In this document: piece after piece, positions 1-8,973 of the stretch | How positions within the stretch are numbered: position 1 is the first letter of the stretch | Layout of the letters: every line of letters starts with the position of its first letter | IMG/VR virus record: IMGVR_UViG_3300025382_000007 | Location: 1-57,364 of that record | Direction: 5' to 3' (one strand) | Origin: a virus | Taxonomy: Duplodnaviria > Caudoviricetes | Length of the DNA: 57,364 nucleotides | Program-made: the position numbers and the translations under genes | The notes under the pieces: generated by a model | Seen by the model: the letters and a program-made list of their open reading frames with translations, nothing else | What the model was told of the DNA's origin: nothing | The model's database searches: none

Positions 1-909
1 GTAGTGACCGACAAAAGCACCGATGTATTCTTTCGGTACGATAGTACCGCGACGCATGATGTTTTTACCCGATGCGAGCTTGTTAAACATACGATCACAC
101 TTACTGACTTCTCTTTCATATCCATTTTCTTCCATCCACGCTCCGACTTGCCTGTAATCATGGCCAAAAGTTTCGATAAGACTCTTCGAATCATAGCTTC
201 TCACAGATATATTATTAGGATCTATTTTGTCAAAGTGTTCGCGGTGTGTTATACCACCATATACTACTTCAAGAAGGTACTTATAATAAGGATCTTCACT
301 AGGCTTATTCTTGTTGATCGGCTCCATCTGATAGTTAGCTTTAATCTCTAAGATAACGTTTTCTATCTTTTTATATGGTGTGTTATAATAGTTTAGTATA
401 GGAGTCTTATCACCTTTCCAGAAGAAGTAGAACGTTCGCTCTCTAACTTGTGGTACTCCATGCAGAAGACTCTTAGTACGATACAGAGTCATAGTATAAC
501 CGTGCTTATTACCAATAGCGATCAGCTGGTTTCTAATAGGCTCACCGATCTTTCCAGCTAGTGCAGGAGCGTTCTCTCCCCAGAATACTTTAGGCTGCAT
601 CTCACCTAAGACATATTCTGCAGATTCTAACATCCATTTATTATTTGGATTATGTTCGCCATAACCAGTAGATAACATTGATAATCCAGCACATGGACAT
701 ACACTAGAAACAACATCTACTTTATGTGGGTGTTTTCCACCTTCATCTAATAGATAATATGGAACTTCATAATCCCAATAATTGAGTAAATGCGCATCAT
801 GATTTTTAAATGGTGTATAACTTAAAATATAGTCTGGTCTGTTACCAAATACGGCCGCTGATGCTAGTGCTTCTCCACCAATGAGTGGAATAATTGCGGC
901 ATGCTTCAT
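1..909 (-). CDS. C5-cytosine DNA methyltransferase-like protein (3' end outside window; not in ORF track)
   Basis: Manual translation from ATG at 909 is open to position 1 (MKHAAIIPLIGG...VCPCAGLS...FWGENAP...GVPQVRERTFY). It has C5-MTase motifs IV (PC), VI (ENx) and VIII (PQxRxR); motif I is atypical (IPLIGG). Confidence 0.8.
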   Translation of the reverse strand, partial: MKHAAIIPLIGGEALASAAVFGNRPDYILSYTPFKNHDAHLLNYWDYEVPYYLLDEGGKHPHKVDVVSSVCPCAGLSMLSTGYGEHNPNNKWMLESAEYVLGEMQPKVFWGENAPALAGKIGEPIRNQLIAIGNKHGYTMTLYRTKSLLHGVPQVRERTFYFFWKGDKTPILNYYNTPYKKIENVILEIKANYQMEPINKNKPSEDPYYKYLLEVVYGGITHREHFDKIDPNNISVRSYDSKSLIETFGHDYRQVGAWMEENGYEREVSKCDRMFNKLASGKNIMRRGTIVPKEYIGAFVGHY

Positions 910-1995
910 TTAAATCTCCAAGATCTTAGTCAATTCATCACGCTGTACTTTCTTATCCAACGGATGATTATCATATAAACAGTCATGCTGATATTTAGCC
1001 AACTTTTCTAGCTGTGTGTTATCCATATTTTCTATATTAGCAATATTTAAACCGACATATGCATCACCATATATTACGCCTTCAACATCATCACATAATA
1101 GAATAGAACCAGCGTCTGCTACCTGCTGCACTCTAGATCTCCACCAACCTGAACCGGCGTGATAATATTTTGGAAGTAGACAACCCCAGTGCTTTACATA
1201 TTCTCTGCACATATCAGGTTCTTTTAGACGTTGTGCTTTATATTCACCACGTCGTGGACCATACATAGCAATATCCCATGTAAAATTATTCTTCTTAACT
1301 ACTGCATCATTCTTTTTATGATTAAGTGATGAAAACACCCAAGCTTTAATTTTAGTAGATTCTTCTTCAAAGAAAGCGTTTAAACCTATATCTTCTTCAC
1401 CAAAATTATTATGTGGACCACGATTTAGATTATAGGGATTAGGATTAAAGCTAAATAATTTATCATTTGACCATCCAAGTTTAAACTTACTCAAGTCACC
1501 GCCTGCATAAGCACAAATCATTAATTTATTTTGATAAGATAATACCTGCTCTATACTTTCTAGATAGTCTTGTTTATGAGCTCGAATAGTTGCTTCATCT
1601 GAAGATCCATAATAAAGATCTAATAGATATTGTCTAAATGGATTATACTTTTCTTCATCAAGTAAGTTACGTTTAAATTGTGGAAAACATGCCATAATTT
1701 GATCTACTTGCCAATCATCAAATGCAAGAATAGCATCAGGACGAGCTTTAATAGCATAAAGACCATCATATAAAAATTGACAAAATGACTGTATAGAATG
1801 AAGATATATAATCACACGATCATAACTTGATAGATCTTCACCAATATTTACTGGTCGTTGTTCTACTTCAAATCCCATATCTTCTAAACAGCGAATCAAT
1901 GAATAATGAGAGTTTAATATTCTTAATTCTTTAGTTAAGAAATAATCTCTAGTACATTGTTCTTTATTAAATCCAGTTATTAATATTTTTTTCAT
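910..1995 (-). CDS. GT-B glycosyltransferase resembling T4 beta-glucosyltransferase, probable hmC glycosylation
   Basis: 361 aa. LEDMGFEVE...DLSSYDRVII and RVQQVADAGSILLCDD resemble N- and C-terminal segments of T4 BGT as recalled; lies two genes downstream of dCMP hydroxymethylase. Confidence 0.6.
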   Translation of the reverse strand: MKKILITGFNKEQCTRDYFLTKELRILNSHYSLIRCLEDMGFEVEQRPVNIGEDLSSYDRVIIYLHSIQSFCQFLYDGLYAIKARPDAILAFDDWQVDQIMACFPQFKRNLLDEEKYNPFRQYLLDLYYGSSDEATIRAHKQDYLESIEQVLSYQNKLMICAYAGGDLSKFKLGWSNDKLFSFNPNPYNLNRGPHNNFGEEDIGLNAFFEEESTKIKAWVFSSLNHKKNDAVVKKNNFTWDIAMYGPRRGEYKAQRLKEPDMCREYVKHWGCLLPKYYHAGSGWWRSRVQQVADAGSILLCDDVEGVIYGDAYVGLNIANIENMDNTQLEKLAKYQHDCLYDNHPLDKKVQRDELTKILEI

Positions 1996-2446
1996 ATTTT
2001 ATCTCATGTTGTATGCCGGCTTCGTCAAACATTTCGGATGTAATTTTATAAGAATCTTTCCATTTATCTCTTATAGTTTCAGGATAACACATATATGCGC
2101 GTTTAATACCAACTTGTATTACACCTTTAGCACATTCAGAACATATTGGTAATCCATATACATATAAGTCTGCTTCATTTAAACTTACACCATTGAGTGT
2201 CGCATTATATATACAATTCATTTCGCCATGAACTACATACTTATATTTTGATTCTCTATCATTTAATCTATCATGTCTATCTTCAATATTTCTAGGAAAA
2301 CCATTGTAGCCTGTACTTAATATCTGACCACGTTCACCAACAGCTACTGCACCAATTTTAGTAGATGGATCTTTAGACCAAGTTGCTACATGTTTTGCTA
2401 GATTTAAATATTTAGATGACCAAGCTGAAGTGTCTTTCATAGACAT
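1967..2446 (-). CDS. cd: dCMP deaminase
   Basis: SKDPSTKIGA, GYNG, HGE and PICSEC zinc motifs. Confidence 0.92.
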   Translation of the reverse strand: MSMKDTSAWSSKYLNLAKHVATWSKDPSTKIGAVAVGERGQILSTGYNGFPRNIEDRHDRLNDRESKYKYVVHGEMNCIYNATLNGVSLNEADLYVYGLPICSECAKGVIQVGIKRAYMCYPETIRDKWKDSYKITSEMFDEAGIQHEIKYEKNINNWI

Positions 2447-3062
2447 GAAGAGATCCTACATTCCAGTAAATATCGCCACGATTAACTTTTAATTCTTTTG
2501 CTAATTTATTTAAAACATGATCTTGCCAAGCATAATCATTACGATAACCATAAACAACATCATTACTTCTCATTTGTACAATAGCATTTAATTTATTATC
2601 ACGAATTAAATATTGTACTGCATTTGTACACATAAAATCAGACATACCATGATAATTATAATCATGCCACATTGATGGTCTTGTATAAATCATAATAGCA
2701 CGACGTGAATCTGGATTATTATTAAGTTCATTTAAAGCATTATGATATTGATAATGATTATCATGTGACCATATACACCAACCATAATTTGAATTGATAT
2801 AACCATCTTCATCTGCCACTTTCTTCCATATGGCAGGTGTATCTTCTAGATCTCTAACATTCAGAGACATCGACTTATACCATTCTAGTTCTTTACGAAT
2901 ATATTCTTCGTTTACTTCGCCAAAGATAGTAGGTTCATTGGCAATAAAGTTAGCGCCAATGAGTTCAATCGTCTTAACACCAGTCTTATCAATTACAAAC
3001 TTTTGTTTTTGTAATTGATCTTTAAAGTATTCTCTAATATTAGATACATTAGCAACCAGCAT
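2412..3062 (-). CDS. gp42: dCMP hydroxymethylase (T4 gp42-like, thymidylate synthase family)
   Basis: DFMCTNAVQYLIRD, MRSNDVVYGYRNDYAWQ and WNVGSLHVY match T4 gp42, including the Asp (RND) that specifies dCMP rather than dUMP. Confidence 0.9.
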   Translation of the reverse strand: MLVANVSNIREYFKDQLQKQKFVIDKTGVKTIELIGANFIANEPTIFGEVNEEYIRKELEWYKSMSLNVRDLEDTPAIWKKVADEDGYINSNYGWCIWSHDNHYQYHNALNELNNNPDSRRAIMIYTRPSMWHDYNYHGMSDFMCTNAVQYLIRDNKLNAIVQMRSNDVVYGYRNDYAWQDHVLNKLAKELKVNRGDIYWNVGSLHVYERHFSLVI

Positions 3063-3462
3063 CTTCTACCTCATTACTAGCTGATATTGTTACAGTATTA
3101 AAATCTGCAATAGAATATGTTGCTACAGGTATTTTTTTATTTAAGAAATCACGCATTGAATCTTGACCTTCCATCTTACCGCGTGAAAATGCTACAAAGA
3201 AAGAAGCATAGTTAATAAGATCTTTTGCTGAATCTTCAAGCGATTCAAAGTTTGGTTTATAGTTCTTATCATATTGCATGGCTTCCATAACAGAACGCAT
3301 ACGAAGCACTTTAGCTTGCATAGTATCTAGAATAGTTTGACAACCATTTGGATAATAGTCAGCTTGTTTAATAGTTGAATTGGGATTCTGATAATCATTT
3401 GATTTTTTGTTCTGTAAGTCTATACACTCTTGCAGAACTTTTATTGAATAACGCTCACTCAT
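3049..3462 (-). CDS. Nucleotide-modification-associated domain 1 (Nmad1/DUF1599-like) protein
   Basis: KKSNDY...KVLR...ESLEDSAKDLINYA pattern; located in a base-modification cluster. Confidence 0.7.
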   Translation of the reverse strand: MSERYSIKVLQECIDLQNKKSNDYQNPNSTIKQADYYPNGCQTILDTMQAKVLRMRSVMEAMQYDKNYKPNFESLEDSAKDLINYASFFVAFSRGKMEGQDSMRDFLNKKIPVATYSIADFNTVTISASNEVEDAGC

Positions 3463-4040
3463 GCTACCTCACTTGTATAATGAACATTTTCACGGAAAAA
3501 TGCATCACCATTTTTCATTGCATTCTTATGATCATAATATAATTTCATAGTAAACTGTGAAGGTCTTACATATTTTTCAAACGTTTTAGCATTTGCTAAA
3601 AGATGAAAAGCTACCGTATAATGAGTAGAAGTTTTAAATACTTTACCAGATACCAGAAAGTCTACTATATCAATATTTTTCCTAAATGTCAATACATCTC
3701 TTTCATTAAAAGAGAACCATTTTTCAGCCCATCTTTTACATTCAAAAGTTTTTCCATTTTCTAAATCAATAACATCATATGCATAAGAAGTTCTATCGGT
3801 ATGATCAAAATCTTTAGGATTAAGTTGCATACCAGTTTGTTGAGCTAGTGCATGTTCAATCACAGCTTTTTCTACACATTCATATACATTTGAATAATTT
3901 CTTTTATTATGATTACGCGCTTTACAATTATAAATTTCATCTGCCATTTTTTTAAATTTAGCATTAAGTTCCGGAGTCTTTTTTACATATATAGGCTCCG
4001 GAACTAATATCGTATCTGCATAATCTTTTAAAGTTTTCAT
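3459..4040 (-). CDS. Putative PD-(D/E)xK endonuclease
   Basis: E(HAL)...YDVID...FECKRW arrangement typical of the restriction-endonuclease fold. Confidence 0.5.
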   Translation of the reverse strand: MKTLKDYADTILVPEPIYVKKTPELNAKFKKMADEIYNCKARNHNKRNYSNVYECVEKAVIEHALAQQTGMQLNPKDFDHTDRTSYAYDVIDLENGKTFECKRWAEKWFSFNERDVLTFRKNIDIVDFLVSGKVFKTSTHYTVAFHLLANAKTFEKYVRPSQFTMKLYYDHKNAMKNGDAFFRENVHYTSEVA

Positions 4041-4041
4041 T

Positions 4042-4446
4042 TTAATCCTCGAAGATTTTACTCACAAGTCCATGATTACCTTCATGCGACGGTCCAACCC
4101 AGCCCTCGGGTTTAATAAGATCTGGAAGTCCAAGTGGGTTAGGTCGTGAAGGCTTAACACCAGGAGTCTTATTCATATTAGCTTTTAGAACCTCGTCCCA
4201 TGCTTTGTATGAATTTACACCAAAACCATCAAGTGTACCAATTGCTACTACACATAGATCAATAAGTGCATCGACTACATCTTCAGCAGACTTAGCTTCT
4301 TTAAGTTCATTTAACTCTTCTTGTAAGAAGTTAGCACGAAACTCTAAAAACTTTGCAAGCTTATCTTTATCCATAGCATTTACAACGGGATGTACCTTAT
4401 AATGAAGATGCATTTTATAAATATCATCTACCCAGTTAGAACTCAT
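4042..4446 (-). CDS. MazG-like/PRA-PH nucleoside triphosphate pyrophosphatase (candidate dCTPase/dUTPase)
   Basis: EELNEL...DVVDALIDL, EVLKANMNK, DLIKPEGW motifs. Confidence 0.8.
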   Translation of the reverse strand: MSSNWVDDIYKMHLHYKVHPVVNAMDKDKLAKFLEFRANFLQEELNELKEAKSAEDVVDALIDLCVVAIGTLDGFGVNSYKAWDEVLKANMNKTPGVKPSRPNPLGLPDLIKPEGWVGPSHEGNHGLVSKIFED

Positions 4447-4458
4447 TATATGATCCTT

Positions 4459-5040
4459 TCATATTAGATCGAAATTAATAATACAGCGATAAGTTTCTTT
4501 TGGATTTGTAGAGCAATGATATCTTGCTCCATCAAACATTACAAATCTTCCTTTCTTTGGACTCACTCTTTTATGTTCTTTTAATTCTACATTCTTTGAA
4601 CCAAACTTCGTATCATACATCGTCTGTTCGTATAGAATGGTGTCACCATCAGAATCGTTAACATAATACACGCACGCGTAGTGTGGTTCTGGCACGTCGA
4701 TATGTATGCCGTTATGTTCTTTAACGAATTTAGGATTCAATGGTACTTGAAGAAAGGCTCTATTGTAGAGTATATCTTTAATTTCTATTTTTGTCTTTTC
4801 AATTATAGTGTTGATGATCGGAACGGAGATGGCTTCATAGTATTGAGACACTATACCCATCTTAGGATGTTTAAACATCTGATTAAAACCGTAAGTAGGA
4901 TACTTCTGCGGCTTTGATGGATACGTCATATCGTCTACAAAAGTCCAGTTTCCTTTCATAATTAATTTGTGATATTCGTCTTGTTTTTCTACTGGAATAA
5001 CATCATCAATTACAACAGTATCTTTTAATTGTAGATCCAC
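4459..5040 (-). CDS. 2OG-Fe(II) oxygenase
   Basis: HID...YYVNDSDGDT...SPKKGR..FDG..YH.S...R.IINF facial triad plus Arg. Confidence 0.85.
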   Translation of the reverse strand: MDLQLKDTVVIDDVIPVEKQDEYHKLIMKGNWTFVDDMTYPSKPQKYPTYGFNQMFKHPKMGIVSQYYEAISVPIINTIIEKTKIEIKDILYNRAFLQVPLNPKFVKEHNGIHIDVPEPHYACVYYVNDSDGDTILYEQTMYDTKFGSKNVELKEHKRVSPKKGRFVMFDGARYHCSTNPKETYRCIINFDLI

Positions 5041-5588
5041 TCTGGAGCCTCACGATTTTTCCATCTATGTAGGTTAGTCTTACCAATTTTATAATAATTA
5101 CGATAATTGTCAATAGGATTATTAGATATGATGTACTTCTTATCCATACAAGAAGGCATAGGCGTCCAATCAAAATCTTGTAGATTTTTAGGTGGTGATT
5201 GAAGCATGTAGCTCAATTCACCAAAACACTTATGTTCTTTTTCATAGCGATAGGTGTATTCAGCCATAAGAGCAAAGAAATGATCTACAAGCCAATTATA
5301 ATTTTCAATGCTGCTCCGAGTCCATACACAACTAGGGTGATTAATGTGCGTAGCTGAGTATAATACATTATCGCGACCATCTCCTAGTAACCATAGTTTC
5401 TTCTTACGAGTCTTAACAGTTCCATCTATTTGTTCTATATCTGCTTGTATCTGTATTTCTTTACCATCGAGGATACGATGAGCAGTAGACAGTAGCTGAG
5501 CTGACTCGAGTATCATCTTGACTACGTGCTTGTCGACCATCCACTGCGCAGCTTGAACAGGATTCTCATCGATATAGAATATATTCAT
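5025..5588 (-). CDS. Pyrimidine-dimer DNA glycosylase (DenV-like family) protein
   Basis: MNIF...DKHVVKMILESAQLLSTAH, HINHPSCVW, YRNYY signature of this phage family. Confidence 0.65.
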   Translation of the reverse strand: MNIFYIDENPVQAAQWMVDKHVVKMILESAQLLSTAHRILDGKEIQIQADIEQIDGTVKTRKKKLWLLGDGRDNVLYSATHINHPSCVWTRSSIENYNWLVDHFFALMAEYTYRYEKEHKCFGELSYMLQSPPKNLQDFDWTPMPSCMDKKYIISNNPIDNYRNYYKIGKTNLHRWKNREAPEWIYN

Positions 5589-5722
5589 CGATCATACTTT
5601 AAGAACATCTTGACTATGGAATATACTGACATGACTATGATTATAAACCACAGCCAAGAAGAGATATACGATAATCGTTCATCGAAATGTTTGTTGAGCA
5701 TATCAAAATCAAAGTACTTCAC
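5585..5722 (-). CDS. Small single-pass membrane protein (45 aa; not in ORF track)
   Basis: GTG-start ORF MKYFDFDMLNKHFDERLSYISSWLWFIIIVMSVYSIVKMFLKYDR. It fills the gap exactly, with 4-nt overlaps to both neighbours. Confidence 0.6.
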   Translation of the reverse strand: MKYFDFDMLNKHFDERLSYISSWLWFIIIVMSVYSIVKMFLKYDR

Positions 5723-6156
5723 AGAGTCTTCTCCATAACATAAGCGTCATAGTTATCGGCGTAATAGTCATCTATCATTCCAACTATATTATAACCTCTT
5801 TTTGAATAAATGTCAATAGCTTTTTTATTATTAACATATACCTCAAGAATTATCTTTTTATAAGAAGAAGAGTAATGATCTACAAAATCCATTAAGAAGC
5901 TACTCAAACCTTTTTTCTGATATTGAGGAGCTATAGAGATAGACTCAACTCCAATAGTCTCATGATCTATAAAAGAAAGTATTAGAGCTCCTGCGGCTAT
6001 ACCATCTACCATTAAAAGAAAAACATCGTATCCATTTTTAAAACACTGCTCATAATATTCTAGATCTTCATGAAATATCTTCTCGAAACTTACGTCGTCG
6101 ATATTCTTTATGATTACGGCATCTTCTATTCTCGCTGGGATTATTTTCTTTTCCAT
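5719..6156 (-). CDS. GNAT acetyltransferase (RimI-like)
   Basis: ISIAPQYQKKGLS, LEVYVNNKKAIDIY..GY, YY...DAYVMEK motifs. Confidence 0.88.
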   Translation of the reverse strand: MEKKIIPARIEDAVIIKNIDDVSFEKIFHEDLEYYEQCFKNGYDVFLLMVDGIAAGALILSFIDHETIGVESISIAPQYQKKGLSSFLMDFVDHYSSSYKKIILEVYVNNKKAIDIYSKRGYNIVGMIDDYYADNYDAYVMEKTL

Positions 6157-6620
6157 TTTCTGAACGCCTGATCTTTATGAAACTTATTAGCCTTGTCAAA
6201 AAATTTAATGCCATCTAGATGATCCATTTCGTGTTGAAAGACTCTCGCTGACATACCAATAAATTGTCTAGTGATAGTATCGCCATTTGGTGTAGTAAAT
6301 CTAACTCTAACCATTGAAGGTCTTTTAACTTTGACCAAAAGTCCTGGATACGATAAACAACCTTCTTCTAAGACAACTTTATCATTTGATACTGTCACAG
6401 TCTTTGGGTTAAAACAAACAAAGTTTTCTGGTGCTCCTCTCATAGCAAATATGCGATAAGGAACACCTACTTGATTTGCTGCAAGACCTAATCCATTATT
6501 CTCATACATGAACGCCATCATATCTTTGGCAAATTCGATAGGATCAAATGGAGGATTCTTAAAATCAAAATCCTCACATACTTTTGTCAAAATAGGATTA
6601 TCTTGTTTTACTAGTTCCAT
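6141..6620 (-). CDS. def: Peptide deformylase
   Basis: GLGLAANQVG, EGCLS and QHEMDHLDG motifs. Confidence 0.96.
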   Translation of the reverse strand: MELVKQDNPILTKVCEDFDFKNPPFDPIEFAKDMMAFMYENNGLGLAANQVGVPYRIFAMRGAPENFVCFNPKTVTVSNDKVVLEEGCLSYPGLLVKVKRPSMVRVRFTTPNGDTITRQFIGMSARVFQHEMDHLDGIKFFDKANKFHKDQAFRKWKRK

Positions 6621-7156
6621 TACATTAAGCTCTTTGCATATTTACAACGATTAGCAAAACCATCACCGTTCTCAGGATTAGCTGTAGTATAGCCGCGTGG
6701 TCGTTCATAACCAATAGCTACTAACAGCGCCTCATCTATATCTTTTGTTTTCTTTAATTTATTGCCTACATTCTTCTGTGAGCCCTTAGTAAGCTCCCAA
6801 TTAACAAATCGCGCTTGCGTATCTAGATCGCCCATGTCTTTGTCTAAAGATTTTGTGAATCTTTCAAGATCCGCAAGTCTATCACCTCTCCACTGAGCGA
6901 TACCATAAGCGGTATGCTTATCACCCCAAACATTACAGCGAAGGTCTGTATAAGATTCTTGCATGAACTGACCACACATAGCTGCTGCCTGAAAGTCTTT
7001 CCAACCGAGATCGATCAATACTTGTTTTACGTACAGTGGTCTATCTTTTCCTTTCAGGGCATTTGGATCAATTGCGCCGGCTGAATATAGTCCAAGTGGT
7101 TGTTCACTAAAATTAAATTCATCAAAATTAAATAATTTCTTTAACCATCCAAACAT
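6620..7156 (-). CDS. Phage lysozyme-2-like (tail lysozyme family) muramidase
   Basis: AAAMCGQFMQES, AYGIAQWRGDR, DLDTQARFV, YERP motifs. Confidence 0.75.
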   Translation of the reverse strand: MFGWLKKLFNFDEFNFSEQPLGLYSAGAIDPNALKGKDRPLYVKQVLIDLGWKDFQAAAMCGQFMQESYTDLRCNVWGDKHTAYGIAQWRGDRLADLERFTKSLDKDMGDLDTQARFVNWELTKGSQKNVGNKLKKTKDIDEALLVAIGYERPRGYTTANPENGDGFANRCKYAKSLM

Positions 7157-7159
7157 TTT

Positions 7160-8866
7160 CTACTCCTGTAACTGTGAGAAATTTTTGTTTTTAACAAATT
7201 TTAATACATTATTAAATTTTTCATTCATATGTTCTTTATGAGATATAATAATTATATTACTATCTTTTGATATATCTCTAATTATATTCATTAGATAGTC
7301 TGTAGCATTTTGATCAAGAGAAGAGTCAAATACTTCATCCATTATTAATAAGTTCGTATTAATTGAATTTCTAAGTTTAGCTACAGATCTCCAAGTAAAT
7401 AAGAGTGCAAGATCGATCTTCTGTTTCTCACCTTCTGAGAAAGAAGAATAAGTAAAGTCATCTCTATATCTAGACTTAATAGTCTCATTAAATTCTTCAT
7501 TGAGCTCAAAAGATACAAAGAAGTCCATTGAAGATAGATACTTATTAATTAACTTGTTAATGACCGGTATATATTGTCTAATGATCTTAGCTTTAATACC
7601 ACCATCTTTAAGCATAGATCCAGCTATAGATAATACATTTTTATCTTCAGACAATTCATTATACTTTAATTCTATTTCTTTGAGATTATTTTCAAAGTCA
7701 GTAATCTTTACATCTTTTTCAATTGTATGTTTCTCATTTATATCTTTAATATCTTTTTGTAGTTGATTATAATAACGAGTCATAGAGTTTATGTTGGTGA
7801 CTAATTCTATCTTTTCCATCTGAAAAGACTGAATATCACTATTAATCTTCATTATTTCTTTTAATCTATTATTAGCATTCTCATATTTTTTAGATAGAAG
7901 TTCAAGACCACTTTCTATCTCTTTGATCTCAATCATCTTATTTGCAATAGTAGTCTTACGAAAGTCTTCTTCTATCTCTTGTTTACAAGTTGGACAATTC
8001 TGATGGTCATGAAAGAACTTCACATCGTCATTTAACAATGAAGCTTTTGCCTCTATCTGATGACGAAGTTTAGACAGTTTGTTTATCTTCTTAGAAATGC
8101 TATCGTTATCTTCGATCTGTGACTGTAGTGTCTCTATGTCTTTTTCAATTAGTTCATGTTTTGATTTAGCGCTATTTAACTGATCAAGAGTATCTTTTAA
8201 AAGCTCTTGTTTCTCTTCTATTAGTTTATCATTGTTTGTCTGCATCTCTTTAAGATGCTCTTTAGTCATTTCAATCTTTGATTCAATTAATTTCTTTTCA
8301 GACAGTATTGAATTTATACTATCATTATTGAGCAATACTTTATCTTTAAGTAGTGAATTCATCTTAGTAAATATTTGTAAGTCTAATAGATCTTCAATAA
8401 TTTCCCTACGTTGACCTCCAGGTAATTGCATAAATGGTTGAAATGTAGCAGAACCTAAGATTACTACTTGATTAAAAGATTTATGATTTACTTTAATGAT
8501 TTGTTTTTCAAGTATCTCTTGATAGTCTTTAACGTCTGCAGATTGGTTTAACAGATCTCCATTTTGATATACTTCAAAGAGGTTTGGTTTAATACCACGA
8601 ACAATTTTATACTGATTGGTACCAATAGAAAATTCAAGTTCTACTAAACAATTCTTTCCAGTAATAGAATTTACTAATTGTGGTTTAGTAATTTTGCGAA
8701 AAGGTTTACCAAATAGAGCAAATGATAATGCATCTAATAATGTAGATTTACCAGCACCATTAGTACCAACTATGAGTGTAGTATCTTTTCTACATAAATC
8801 AATTTCAGTGAACACATTACCAGTTGATAATAAGTTCTGCCATCTAATCTTTTTAAAATATATCAT
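7160..8866 (-). CDS. gp46: Recombination endonuclease subunit (SMC-like ATPase)
   Basis: GTNGAGKS Walker A, CPTC zinc hook, FSEGE signature, DEVFDSSLD Walker B. Confidence 0.97.
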   Translation of the reverse strand: MIYFKKIRWQNLLSTGNVFTEIDLCRKDTTLIVGTNGAGKSTLLDALSFALFGKPFRKITKPQLVNSITGKNCLVELEFSIGTNQYKIVRGIKPNLFEVYQNGDLLNQSADVKDYQEILEKQIIKVNHKSFNQVVILGSATFQPFMQLPGGQRREIIEDLLDLQIFTKMNSLLKDKVLLNNDSINSILSEKKLIESKIEMTKEHLKEMQTNNDKLIEEKQELLKDTLDQLNSAKSKHELIEKDIETLQSQIEDNDSISKKINKLSKLRHQIEAKASLLNDDVKFFHDHQNCPTCKQEIEEDFRKTTIANKMIEIKEIESGLELLSKKYENANNRLKEIMKINSDIQSFQMEKIELVTNINSMTRYYNQLQKDIKDINEKHTIEKDVKITDFENNLKEIELKYNELSEDKNVLSIAGSMLKDGGIKAKIIRQYIPVINKLINKYLSSMDFFVSFELNEEFNETIKSRYRDDFTYSSFSEGEKQKIDLALLFTWRSVAKLRNSINTNLLIMDEVFDSSLDQNATDYLMNIIRDISKDSNIIIISHKEHMNEKFNNVLKFVKNKNFSQLQE

Positions 8867-8973
8867 TTATTCTCACATGGTGGATTAGGAACATCAAATA
8901 ATTTATTACAAATTTCACAATAGTATTTTATTTTTGGTCCGCCATATATTACTTTAATATCACATTTTTTCAT
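8863..8973 (-). CDS. Small Cys-rich (zinc-ribbon-like) protein, 36 aa (not in ORF track)
   Basis: MKKCDIKVIYGGPKIKYYCEICNKLFDVPNPPCENK; ATGA overlap with the gp46 start. Confidence 0.5.
   Translation of the reverse strand: MKKCDIKVIYGGPKIKYYCEICNKLFDVPNPPCENK

Noticed and set aside
4-351. Plus-strand 115-aa ORF, and the other short plus-strand or nested ORFs in the track
   Set aside because: They are antisense or out-of-frame shadows of well-supported minus-strand genes (here the C5-MTase-like CDS) and show no motifs.
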